Part shown: positions 29,535-38,411 of the stretch, in pieces
Position numbering within the stretch: the first letter of the stretch is position 1
How the letters are laid out: each line of letters opens with the position of its first letter
Source of the DNA: an uncultured Acidobacteriota bacterium
GTDB taxonomy: Bacteria; Acidobacteriota; Terriglobia; Terriglobales; Acidobacteriaceae
Length of the DNA: 64,000 bases
Reading direction: 5' to 3'
NCBI GenBank assembly: GCA_963763795.1
Contig: CAVXPP010000002.1
Span: 390,763 to 454,762, forward strand
Program-made: the position numbers and the translations under genes
Notes under the pieces: generated by a model
Databases searched by the model: none
Seen by the model: only the letters and a program-made list of their open reading frames with translations
What the model was told of the DNA's origin: nothing

Positions 29535-29916
29535 CGATCTCGCGCTTGTCTTGCATATCCTCGGAAAGAAGAATGCCGCATCCGGACTGCTTGGCTGAGC
29601 GAAGGATCAGGGAGTCCCAGAACGACAATCCGTGAAGGCGGTGCAGGTCGATGGCTGCGAGGATGTCGGAGACGTCGGGCGAAGCGACGTCGAACTCGGC
29701 GAGCAACTCGACCTTGCGGCGGGCGATGCGCACATCCAGTTGCAGCTTGCGCGTGACGGTAACGAAATACTCCTGCAAGACTTGCAAGGACAGGACTCCG
29801 GTTCGAGCCCGGCGGTGCTCGGCCACGAGTTCGATCGCACGCCGCTGTTTTGCGGGCGAGGCCTTGTCGTCGGCGTAGATCAAGACGTTGGTGTCGAAGA
29901 AACTACGAACGGGCAT
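29503..29916 (-). CDS. vapC: PIN-domain toxin VapC
   Basis: FFDTNVLIYA (first acidic residue), LQVLQEY, SFWDSLIL and LSEDMQ. Start placed at MPVRSFF. Upstream in-frame ATGs at 29931 and 29946 are possible. Confidence 0.85.
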   Translation of the reverse strand: MPVRSFFDTNVLIYADDKASPAKQRRAIELVAEHRRARTGVLSLQVLQEYFVTVTRKLQLDVRIARRKVELLAEFDVASPDVSDILAAIDLHRLHGLSFWDSLILRSAKQSGCGILLSEDMQDKREIDGVRIINPFL

Positions 29917-30169
29917 TTTCGGGGCGTTCATTTTCCCGGCGGGCATTTTCCCGGCGTTGATGGATCTCGTCGCGGTTAAACCGCCATCCGCGGGAATTGC
30001 CTTGACCCGAGAGTTGCTTGAATTCTTCGATGCTACGGTCGGGATTGTCCCCTCCGGCCAGGGTTTGCAGGTAATCGCGGATTAACTGGTTCAGACTCTT
30101 TCCGAGGGCTTCCGCTTTCTTGCGGGCGCGGGAAACAAGCTGCTCATCCACGGATAAAGTGATGTTCAT
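29903..30169 (-). CDS. vapB: Ribbon-helix-helix antitoxin (VapB-like)
   Basis: MNITLSVDEQLVSRARKKAEALGKSLNQLIRDYL is RHH-like. Overlaps the vapC start. Confidence 0.7.
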   Translation of the reverse strand: MNITLSVDEQLVSRARKKAEALGKSLNQLIRDYLQTLAGGDNPDRSIEEFKQLSGQGNSRGWRFNRDEIHQRRENARRENERPENARS

Positions 30170-30280
30170 GGACACATAATACGTGTCCACGTATTATGTG
30201 TCAATAGATGATTAGAGGGAGCATCTGGCTGAAAGCATCGGGATTTGGTGGTTGCTCTCAATGGCCGGGCTGCGCCTGGC

Positions 30281-30307
30281 GGACAGCCGAGGGCGGCTGT
30301 CCCCACA
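30281..30307. repeat. Hairpin-CCACA element (family C)
   Basis: ggacagccg-agg-gcggctgtcc followed by ccaca. Confidence 0.6.
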
Positions 30308-30348
30308 TGAACTCAAGAAGTCAAAATCCCACCCTCGGCGTCGGTTAT

Positions 30349-30385
30349 CTCATGTCTCGCAAATGCGGCGAGACATGGGGCACCC
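30349..30385. repeat. Palindromic element family B
   Basis: ctcatgtctcgcaaatgcggcgagacatggggcaccc. Confidence 0.7.
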
Positions 30386-30407
30386 TTGAGTCGGGATTGG
30401 GGCGGGG

Positions 30408-32597
30408 TCAGTTTCCTGCTGGGTGGCCGCCGTATTCTTCCAGCCACTTCAGCTCTTCGCGGACTTTGATTTTTCCGTGCCAGGGATTTTTCGAGAGCGA
30501 GTGACCTTCGCCGGGGAAGATCAGCAGCGCGTTGGGGACGCCGAGCGAGTAGAGCGCGTGCTCGAGCAGATAATCTTCGAGGACGGCGACGCGGATGTCG
30601 TCCGCGCCTCCGACCATGTGCGTCGGCGTTCTGACTTTCTCGATCTGGAAAATCGCGGCTTCGTCATGATAGCGCTGTTGGGCTTCCCACGGACGTCCGC
30701 CGAGGAAGTAGGCGTCGTCGTAGGTGGTGTCGTCGTTGCCCCAGTTGCCGACATGCTCGACCGCGCCCGCGCCCGTGACGGCCGCTTTGAAGCGCGTGGT
30801 CTGGGTGATGAGCCAGTTGGTCATGTATCCGCCGTAGCTATAGCCGCCGATGGTGAGGCGATCGGGATCGGCAATGCCGTCTTTCACCAGCGCGTCCACG
30901 CCTTCGAGAATGTCTTTGCCGGGACGCGAGACGATGACGGGAACGATCTGCTCGAGGAACTTGTCGCCGTATCCGGTCGAGCCGCGGTAGTTGGGCTCGA
31001 AGACGAGCCATCCGTTGGTGGCGGCGAGCGCGGCCCACTGGTACCAGTCGGCCTCGAAGTGGTTGCCGTCGGCGTCGGCGGGGCCTCCGTGAATGAAGGT
31101 GAACATGGGCAGATGCTTCTGCTCGAATTTGCCGGGAGGATAGATCAGCATGCCTTCGACGGTGGTGCCGTCGTCGGCCTTCCAGGTGTAGGGCTTGCCT
31201 TGGGGAAGATCCTTTTCGGCGAGGGCATGGTTGAAGCTGGTGATCGGCTTGGCTTGATCGAGTTTGTCGGCACTGTCTGCTAGATAAATTTCTTCGGGCT
31301 TGCCGAGAGAAGAGTAGACGAAGGCGATCCGTCCGGAATTTTTCGAGGTAGTCAGGTTGGCGTAGGTGCCGGGCCAGTTGGTGAGGCGATGCAGCGATTC
31401 AGAGGGCTTGCCGGCGGAGTAGAGTTGGACTTCGGTGCCTATGCGCGCGGAGGCCAGGACTGTGGCGGCGTTCGCGCCGGGGGCGTAGTGCTCGATGGGG
31501 CCGATGAAGTCTTTGGACCATTGCTCGACTTTGCCGTTGTCGGTGTCGACCCAGTAGAGATGCGGTTGCAGGTCGCGGTAGGGGCCGGAAACGTCGCCGA
31601 CTTCGACGGTGAAGAATATGTGGCGGCTGTCGCTCGCCCAGCGCGGATAACCTTCGACGGCTTCGTTGTGCGTGATGCGGCGGGGTTGGGGCAGGGCTTC
31701 CGCGCTGACATTTGCTCCGCCATTGGCAGTCGCGGACAAGAGTGTCCGCGCCACATCTACTGTGTAGATTTCGACGTCTTCGTATTTTTCCTGGCGCTGG
31801 TTGATGGCGTTGCTGACGAAGGCGAGCTTGGTGCCGTCGGGCGACGTGATCAGAGTATCGATGCGGAGCGGACTGGTGGCGAGGACGCGGGCGCCGGGCG
31901 TGAGATCGGGTTGGGGCGCGGGCTCTCCTTCTTTCTTTTGCGGTTTCGCCGGGGCGGCAGCCTGGCGCGCGAGCGCTGCGCTCAGGTCCAGCGCGAAGAT
32001 CGTATCGCCACGTTCGGCTGTGCGGTATTGCACGACATCTTTCCACTGTTGCTTGTAATCGTCCTTCTGCGTCTTGCTCCAGGGTTGGCGTGTGGCGAAG
32101 TAGATCGTTCCCGAGTCGGCGGACCAGGAGAACGCATGCACATCCTCAGCACCCTCGGTCACGGGAAACGCTTCGCCGCCATTCGGCGAGATCAAATAGA
32201 TCTGGCTCGTCTCTTCCTTCGAATTCGAATCCGCATCCGCATCGGAGTCGTCGCTCTTGCCTGCCGCAGGCTTGCGCTCGGAGAGGAATGCGATCCATTT
32301 TCCGTCGGGGGACCACTTCGGTCCGGAGTCGTGGCCGGATTGCGTCAACTGGATCAGAGAGCCGCCGTTGGCGTCATTGCGATAGAGCCAGAGATCATGA
32401 CGGAAGATCTGTTGATCCCAGTCGGCGCGCTCGGTGGTGATCACGACGGAGTTTCCGTCGGGCGACATTTCCAATCCGCCAAAGCTGACGGAGTTGAAAA
32501 AATCGTCGAGCGTGAGTTTCGGTTTATTTTGTGCCAGAACGGCGAGCGTACAACTGAGGATGGCAGTGATGACAAAGACAGATTTTCGAATTTTCAT
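30408..32597 (-). CDS. S9-family serine peptidase (prolyl oligopeptidase / acylaminoacyl-peptidase type) with N-terminal beta-propeller
   Basis: Signal peptide. TolB/WD40-like repeats (SPDG..., WSPDGKWIAF). Nucleophile motif GGYSYGG. C-terminal GADDIRV and GEGHS. Confidence 0.9.
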   Translation of the reverse strand: MKIRKSVFVITAILSCTLAVLAQNKPKLTLDDFFNSVSFGGLEMSPDGNSVVITTERADWDQQIFRHDLWLYRNDANGGSLIQLTQSGHDSGPKWSPDGKWIAFLSERKPAAGKSDDSDADADSNSKEETSQIYLISPNGGEAFPVTEGAEDVHAFSWSADSGTIYFATRQPWSKTQKDDYKQQWKDVVQYRTAERGDTIFALDLSAALARQAAAPAKPQKKEGEPAPQPDLTPGARVLATSPLRIDTLITSPDGTKLAFVSNAINQRQEKYEDVEIYTVDVARTLLSATANGGANVSAEALPQPRRITHNEAVEGYPRWASDSRHIFFTVEVGDVSGPYRDLQPHLYWVDTDNGKVEQWSKDFIGPIEHYAPGANAATVLASARIGTEVQLYSAGKPSESLHRLTNWPGTYANLTTSKNSGRIAFVYSSLGKPEEIYLADSADKLDQAKPITSFNHALAEKDLPQGKPYTWKADDGTTVEGMLIYPPGKFEQKHLPMFTFIHGGPADADGNHFEADWYQWAALAATNGWLVFEPNYRGSTGYGDKFLEQIVPVIVSRPGKDILEGVDALVKDGIADPDRLTIGGYSYGGYMTNWLITQTTRFKAAVTGAGAVEHVGNWGNDDTTYDDAYFLGGRPWEAQQRYHDEAAIFQIEKVRTPTHMVGGADDIRVAVLEDYLLEHALYSLGVPNALLIFPGEGHSLSKNPWHGKIKVREELKWLEEYGGHPAGN

Positions 32598-32621
32598 AAG
32601 GGTTCCCGGTGGGAAGAAGCG

Positions 32622-33854
32622 TTATACAACGCCGGATTCGCCGGAGGCAAGGGGACGATTGCGGTCGCGATAGAAGATCCAGAGCAGGGCAACAAAAACA
32701 ATCACCGATGGTTGGATGTGAGTCCACCGCGAGAGCGGCCCAAACAGAGGCAAGACAAAGGCCAAGTAGAGTAGCGCGCGAAGCGACGACGAAGATGGTT
32801 GCGGATCATGGGACAAGGCCCAGTCGGCGGCCAGCATCAACACGGGAACGAGTGCGAGCAGATCGTAGACGAAAAGATGCGGGTTGACTAGAACTGCAGC
32901 GAGCGTCAGCGCGGAGAAGCGCAGTGCGAGCGGAGAGGAGGACTTCCAGACAGCCGCGGCGAGGGCTATGGCCGCGACAGAACTCAGAAAGTACAACACC
33001 CAGACGGCGCTGGCCGAGGGAATGAGAAGCACCCAGAAGCTGCGCAGGGAATGCATTTGGACTGGCGAGAGGCTGAGTTCGGGCTGGGAGGCGTGCTCTA
33101 GCAGCAGAACGATGTAAGTCCGCATCACGGCTCGGCCGAAGTAGAGGAACGTGAACGCAAGCTGTGCCACCGCAGAAATGGCTACGCCGGCGAAGGCCTT
33201 CCAGGCTCGAGCGGCGAGCAGCACGATGGGGATCGCGACCAGAAACTGCGGCTTGAAGACGAGGCAGCCGAGAGCGATGCCCGCGAGCCAATCGCGACGC
33301 GCGCGGAACGCGAGGTAGGCGCAAGTGAAGCAGAGCAAGATCAGGACCGAGAGCTGTCCGCGAACGAAGAAGTGAAACAGCGGAGGATAAGCGACGGCGC
33401 AGAGGGCGACAAGTCTGGGATACGGCCGGAGCGCGCTGCAGGTTCTCCAGAGCAAATAGACGCAGGCGAAATAGATGAGCAGGCTGATCGCGACCCAGAT
33501 TGCAGCTTGGGTGAGAAATGAAAGACGGCTGAGCGCAAAGAACGGGAGCACGACTTGGGGGCCGTAGTAAAACTCCAGGTGAGCTTTTGTGTTGCCGGCA
33601 ATCGCGCGGATTTCCTGGTTCAGGACGCGGGTATCGTAAAGCGAAGAGATTCGGCCCTGTGCGATAAGGCGCGCCGCGATGGGGAGTTGAATGAAATCCT
33701 GAAATTTGATATTGCCGGCGCGATCGAAGATTCCCGGCGTCGCATAATCCACCGCGCAAACGCCCCACAGGCAAAGCGCCAGCAGGATCGCTTGCGCGCG
33801 AATGCGGCGGCGGTTGAGCCACGGCGTGGGGAGCGGCTGCGCGGAAGCGGTCAC
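32622..33854 (-). CDS. Polytopic membrane protein, GT87/DUF2029-like glycosyltransferase candidate
   Basis: 410-aa ORF with about 10 hydrophobic helices. The N-terminal loop with FQDF and the overall layout resemble polyprenol-phosphate-dependent glycosyltransferases. The assignment is by resemblance only. Confidence 0.5.
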   Translation of the reverse strand: MTASAQPLPTPWLNRRRIRAQAILLALCLWGVCAVDYATPGIFDRAGNIKFQDFIQLPIAARLIAQGRISSLYDTRVLNQEIRAIAGNTKAHLEFYYGPQVVLPFFALSRLSFLTQAAIWVAISLLIYFACVYLLWRTCSALRPYPRLVALCAVAYPPLFHFFVRGQLSVLILLCFTCAYLAFRARRDWLAGIALGCLVFKPQFLVAIPIVLLAARAWKAFAGVAISAVAQLAFTFLYFGRAVMRTYIVLLLEHASQPELSLSPVQMHSLRSFWVLLIPSASAVWVLYFLSSVAAIALAAAVWKSSSPLALRFSALTLAAVLVNPHLFVYDLLALVPVLMLAADWALSHDPQPSSSSLRALLYLAFVLPLFGPLSRWTHIQPSVIVFVALLWIFYRDRNRPLASGESGVV

Positions 33855-34447
33855 GGAGCGGGCTCGGCGTTTTTGAGAGCGTCGTCCAAGGTCTGACCGG
33901 GATGCGGAGTGGTTCGCGTCACGCGCCAGCCATCGTCGTACTTACGAAATCCGACGGTGGATTTGTACTGCAGATCGCTGGAATACAGCGCCGCGCCGAC
34001 TTCATTGAGCGGCACCCATTTCCATACGAATTCGACGTCGGCCCAACTGCCCTGCTCGCTGATGCCGCTGACCGCAAGGATTTCTCTCTGGGCAACGGGA
34101 AGGGTCAACGACGGCTTGCTGGCTTCCTCCGCGGACACGAGCGAGCGCACGGTTTCGACGCCTAACGGAGTCAGCAGGATGTTCCAGCAGGGAGGTGGCG
34201 CAAGACCGGGCGAGCAAGCCGCAGTGTTGGCCACGATCCATCCGTGATGCTGCAGGACCAGGTAATCCGGCGAAGGATAGTCTTTGTTGCCGACAACTCC
34301 GGTGCGAAGCACGAAGGGCTGCGAGCGTTTGAAATCCTGCGCTGAGGCCAGCAGATCGAAGGCGAGGCGACGGGTGAGAAAGTCGCGAGGAGAACACGCC
34401 GTGAACAGAAGCGTACCGATTACGCCGAGGATTACTTTACTTCGCAT
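33851..34447 (-). CDS. Hypothetical lipoprotein
   Basis: MRSKVILGVIGTLLFTAC lipobox-like signal. 4-nt overlap with the downstream membrane protein gene. Confidence 0.55.
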   Translation of the reverse strand: MRSKVILGVIGTLLFTACSPRDFLTRRLAFDLLASAQDFKRSQPFVLRTGVVGNKDYPSPDYLVLQHHGWIVANTAACSPGLAPPPCWNILLTPLGVETVRSLVSAEEASKPSLTLPVAQREILAVSGISEQGSWADVEFVWKWVPLNEVGAALYSSDLQYKSTVGFRKYDDGWRVTRTTPHPGQTLDDALKNAEPAP

Positions 34448-34483
34448 GTGATTCGCAGTTCGGAGAGACTCGTTCGGATGCAG

Positions 34484-34536
34484 TAGGGATCCTTCGACTG
34501 CGCGCGCTCATTCGAGCGCGCTTCGCTCAGGATGAC
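34484..34536 (-). repeat. REP-like element family A (inverted copy)
   Basis: The reverse complement reads gtcatcctgagcgaagcgcgctcgaatgagcgcgcgcagtcgaaggatcccta. Confidence 0.7.
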
Positions 34537-34561
34537 AGGGTCCTGGTGGCATCCGTCCGAA

Positions 34562-35707
34562 TCAACGACCAGTGATTGTAAACAAACGCGAACGTTTTTG
34601 CGGAAGGAAAGGCCGGGAGGTGATCTGGCCGTCGAATTGAGTAGACCAGCGGCCGGGAATTAGGCGGGAACAGTTGGGGCAACGACCGTCGGAAGTCAGG
34701 CGGTAATCTGCGATGTGATAGCCGTAGCGGCGGATCAGGGCTTCGCCACAATCCGCGCAGCGCGTGTCTTCCCAATCGCCGACCATCCCAGGAAGATTTC
34801 CAGCGTAGATGTAGCGCAATCCGGCTTGGCGGCCGATTTCGGCGGCGCGCTCCAGATCTTCAACGCTGGTATCGCGCTGATCGTCTCCCTGCATTTTGTA
34901 GTCGGTATGAAATGCCGTGACATGCCAGGGAATGTGGGGCGAGACGCTCGCGACAAATTCCGTGAGGCGGCGGAGTTCGTCGTCGGTATCGTTGAATCCG
35001 GGGATAAGCAGGGTCACGATTTCCAGCCACAATCCCATTTGATGAATGCGGCGAATGCTGTCGAGAATGGGGCCGATGCGGCCGCCGAGTTCGTGGTAAT
35101 GGCGATCGTCAAAGCTCTTCAGATCCACTTTGTATAGATCGATCCAGGGGCGCAGATAGTCAAGCACCTGCTGCGTGCCGTTGCCGTTGGAAACGAATCC
35201 GGTAAGAAGACCCGCGGCTTTGGCCTCTTTGAAAACGGCGACCGCCCATTCGCTGGTGATAAGCGGCTCATTGTAGGTGCTGACCACGACTTTGGCGCCC
35301 TGATGAAGCGCATCCTCGACGAGAGCCTGAGGAGAAATTTCCAGCGGCGGCGAGATGGCGTTGGGATCGCGCAGAGCCTGGGACGTGACCCAGTTCTGGC
35401 AATATCCGCAGTGCAGATCGCAGCCAAGCATGCCGAAGCTGTAGGCGAGGGCTCCGGGATAAGCGTGGAAAAAAGGCTTCTTCTCGATGGGATCGCATTG
35501 CATGCCGGCGGTGTATCCCCAAGGCGCGTAGAGCGTGCCGCCGCGATTGAAGCGGACTTTGCAGACCCCGGGCTGACCTTCGGGAATGGGGCAACAATGT
35601 CCGCAGGAGAAACAGCGAACCCTCTGGTTGCCGAGTTTCTCGTAGAGCGATGAGTCAGCCTCGCGGACTCTCTGATCGAGGATGTCGCGCAGGGTGGGCA
35701 AGAGCAC
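34562..35707 (-). CDS. AmmeMemoRadiSam-system-type radical SAM enzyme (PflA-like activase fold)
   Basis: N-terminal CFSCGHCCPIPEGQPGVCKVRFN, DPIEKKPFFH, radical SAM CDLHCGYCQNW, and C-terminal CADCGE...CPNC. Confidence 0.8.
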   Translation of the reverse strand: MLLPTLRDILDQRVREADSSLYEKLGNQRVRCFSCGHCCPIPEGQPGVCKVRFNRGGTLYAPWGYTAGMQCDPIEKKPFFHAYPGALAYSFGMLGCDLHCGYCQNWVTSQALRDPNAISPPLEISPQALVEDALHQGAKVVVSTYNEPLITSEWAVAVFKEAKAAGLLTGFVSNGNGTQQVLDYLRPWIDLYKVDLKSFDDRHYHELGGRIGPILDSIRRIHQMGLWLEIVTLLIPGFNDTDDELRRLTEFVASVSPHIPWHVTAFHTDYKMQGDDQRDTSVEDLERAAEIGRQAGLRYIYAGNLPGMVGDWEDTRCADCGEALIRRYGYHIADYRLTSDGRCPNCSRLIPGRWSTQFDGQITSRPFLPQKRSRLFTITGR

Positions 35708-35721
35708 CTCTTAACAATATT

Positions 35722-37440
35722 TTAACGCGGGACGGCGATGGGAGGGGGAGCGCTGAGAGCCCTGAATTTTCCGGCCGCGGGTTTGGCATGGGGACGATGC
35801 TGCTGCATCCAGAGTCCAGCCTCCATTTCGATGGCGGTGACCTGGGCGCGGCTGAGCCGAGCTTTAACCAAGGGAGCGAGCGCGCGGCTGGCGTCATCGC
35901 CACCGTTGCTCGCAACCACCATCCAGAAGTAGGCGCGATTGATATCCTGGCGCAAGCCGCGTCCGCTGTAGTAAAGCGAACCTAATTTCGATTGGGCGGA
36001 CACATTGCCCTGCTGGGCGGCCCTATTGAACCAGCGAACGGCTTCAACTTCGTTCAGCTTTACGCCATCGCCTATGGCGTAACGAAGACCAAGAGCATTC
36101 TGGGCGGCAGCATCGCCTTTTTCCGCCATCGGGCGCAGTTGGTCAAAGCTTAGCGAATCGAGTGCAAGAGTGGATCGGGAGGCGCTGCCGCCGTCGGATT
36201 TGGGCGCCGCATTGGAGGCCAGCACGGTGGTGACATTCTCGCGCGCATGAAGCTTGCGTTGAATCCAAGGCGCCGCCTCCGACTGAATCCAGGGGGCGAG
36301 TCCCCAGCCGAGGGCGAACGTAATGGTCGCCGCAGAGCACAGAAGGAGGACCAGATAAGAGCGCGGCAGGTCTATGCCGAGGGCGCTGTAGTGCGGCGAT
36401 TTCGCATCTTCGCCTTTTTCTTTTTCTTCGGCTGCTTTCGGCTCGGCGGCGGCAAAGAGCACACTGCCCGGCTGGGGAGAAAAATGATCGGTAGCATCGG
36501 CCTCGGGAAGCGAAAGCTTTTTGGCGCGAGCTTCCCGATTGACGGCATCGCGAACAAACTCGGCGAATCGCTGCAGACCTTTTCCATCGGCATCAGAGAA
36601 AGTATTCGGACGAGGCGAGAAAATCTCAATCAGGCCGATGGATTTTCCGCCGTCGCGTACGGGCGCGGCCAGAATGGAACGAATGCCCAACGCGCGACAG
36701 CTTTCGCGGTCGACGCGAGCGTCGAGTTCGGTGTCATCGCAGCGGAGCAGAAGACCGCTCTTGACGCATTCGCCCGAGAAACCCGATCCAACCTGTAAAC
36801 GCGCACCCACGGGAGGAGCATCGGGCCCGGAGGTGGCGTGGCAAACCATGACGTTCGGTTCCGACTCTGCCAGGGCAATGGCGGCGCCGGAAGCTCGCAG
36901 CAGAGTCTGAGCGCGTTCGGCAATCAACTTCAGGGCGGCAGGGAGATCGGGTCCAAGCGCTTCGACTTGCCGCTGAACGGCCGCAACCGCGGCCAACGTA
37001 TCGGAATAGCTGGGGCGCGGCGGGCCGGCCTCGCGAGCAGCAGTGAAGGCGGCAATTTCGGCTTCACCGTTTGCGACTCCCGACATGACGTTGGCGAACA
37101 GCCACTCCCGCAAACGCGCCAGGGATGCCGCCGGCAATTCGGCAAAGCGCAAGCCCGCGCGCCCGGAATCGTTCGCCCAGATCACCTGCCCGGTGGTGTA
37201 AATGTGCTCAGCGCAGTCGGCAAGATCGAGGCAGAGATTCACGCGCTTCTCGACTTCCAGAGGCGCGTGGCACTGAATGGCTACGCCGTCTTCACTGATG
37301 TTAACGACCTCGTGGAGATCGAGCATCAGGCCTTTGGATTCCGCGGTGAAACTCACGTAAGCGGGAGTCTGGACTTTATGGCGCACGCGCCGGCGACGGT
37401 TCGATACAGCAGGCGGCAACGTCGAAATATTGGCAGCCAT
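35722..37440 (-). CDS. PilZ - GAF - TM helix - Sel1-repeat protein
   Basis: PilZ motifs RRRRVRHK ... NISEDG. GAF block SGAAIALAES...CDDTELDARVDRESCRALGIRSILAAPV. TM helix LVLLLCSAATITFALGWGL. Sel1 repeats AAAQNALGLRYAIGDGV and GNVSAQSKLGSLYYSGRGL. Confidence 0.8.
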   Translation of the reverse strand: MAANISTLPPAVSNRRRRVRHKVQTPAYVSFTAESKGLMLDLHEVVNISEDGVAIQCHAPLEVEKRVNLCLDLADCAEHIYTTGQVIWANDSGRAGLRFAELPAASLARLREWLFANVMSGVANGEAEIAAFTAAREAGPPRPSYSDTLAAVAAVQRQVEALGPDLPAALKLIAERAQTLLRASGAAIALAESEPNVMVCHATSGPDAPPVGARLQVGSGFSGECVKSGLLLRCDDTELDARVDRESCRALGIRSILAAPVRDGGKSIGLIEIFSPRPNTFSDADGKGLQRFAEFVRDAVNREARAKKLSLPEADATDHFSPQPGSVLFAAAEPKAAEEKEKGEDAKSPHYSALGIDLPRSYLVLLLCSAATITFALGWGLAPWIQSEAAPWIQRKLHARENVTTVLASNAAPKSDGGSASRSTLALDSLSFDQLRPMAEKGDAAAQNALGLRYAIGDGVKLNEVEAVRWFNRAAQQGNVSAQSKLGSLYYSGRGLRQDINRAYFWMVVASNGGDDASRALAPLVKARLSRAQVTAIEMEAGLWMQQHRPHAKPAAGKFRALSAPPPIAVPR

Positions 37441-37556
37441 GGGAAGGGCCCGGAAGCGTTTGGATACATATTAACGCGGGTTAACGAAAAAGTAAGCAAA
37501 GAATAGAGCAACTTGGAGGTAGGGCGGAATACTGAGAGGAAACAGCCGGAAGCTGG

Positions 37557-38411
37557 CTAACCGGCCCGCCGCAGAATTTGAGCCTGGTGCAGGCTGGAGA
37601 TGCGGGAAATGGCCGCGACCATCATGCCTGAAAGCAGTTGCATGGTGGCCACGTCGCGCTCATCGAACGCGCCCGGCGACGAGGACAACACTTCGAAGAC
37701 TCCGAGGGTGCGGCGGTAATGCCGCAGGGGCGAAACCAGGATGGAGCGAACGCCCAACCGACGGCAACTGGCGAGATCGACGCGCGGGTTGCGTTCCGCG
37801 TCATGGCAGAGCATGATTTCGCCGGAGCGGACGGCTTCGGCGGAGATGCCAGTATCGGTCTGGAGGCGAATGCCAAGATCGGGAGCGGTGCGTCCAGCGC
37901 GGGCGCGGCAGACGATTTCATCGCCGGCCCGCAAGGCGATGGCGGCTCCGGTGGCTCTGGTCAGTTGCTGAGCGCGCTCGGTGATGGCGCTGATGGCGGG
38001 CTCGAGATCCAGTTCCGCGGGATGGATTTCGATGTCCTCTGAAACCGAAACTGCACGGAAGCCCGACACGGGGTGAGCGGCGTTGGCCACGCGCAATTGA
38101 CTGCGCTGTTCCAGCGAAGGCATGCGGGAGTTTTCTGCCACGTTCAAATATTCAGGGTCGGGAACGGTGCGCAGCAGATCGCGGACGAGATGATCGAGCT
38201 CCATGTCGGTAATCAGGTGAGCGGTTTGCTGGTTGCGCAGCGAACCTCCCAGGACGCGAGAGAGACCGAGCAGAGCGTGGCTGCCACAAGCGAGGCAATA
38301 GGGCTTGCTGTTGTTGCTGATCAACTCACATTGCACGCAGAACGTGGCGGACTGCAACGAGACGAAGTTGACGCCTTGAAAAGTGGAACCATACACAGAC
38401 TTACGAAACAT
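37557..38411 (-). CDS. Zinc-ribbon - GAF domain protein
   Basis: CVQC...CLAC N-terminal ribbon. GAF block TGAAIALRAGD...CHDAERNPRVDLASCRRLGVRSILVSPL is paralogous to the two other GAF modules. Start taken at MFRKSVYG. Confidence 0.7.
   Translation of the reverse strand: MFRKSVYGSTFQGVNFVSLQSATFCVQCELISNNSKPYCLACGSHALLGLSRVLGGSLRNQQTAHLITDMELDHLVRDLLRTVPDPEYLNVAENSRMPSLEQRSQLRVANAAHPVSGFRAVSVSEDIEIHPAELDLEPAISAITERAQQLTRATGAAIALRAGDEIVCRARAGRTAPDLGIRLQTDTGISAEAVRSGEIMLCHDAERNPRVDLASCRRLGVRSILVSPLRHYRRTLGVFEVLSSSPGAFDERDVATMQLLSGMMVAAISRISSLHQAQILRRAG

Noticed and set aside
31389-32774. 461-aa plus-strand ORF
   Set aside because: It is antisense to the S9 peptidase, which has clear catalytic motifs on the minus strand.
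32806-33822. 338-aa alternative-frame ORF on the same strand as the GT87-like membrane protein
   Set aside because: The translation is Arg/Pro/Ser-rich with no hydrophobic structure. The 410-aa frame gives regular TM helices and is translationally linked to its neighbours.
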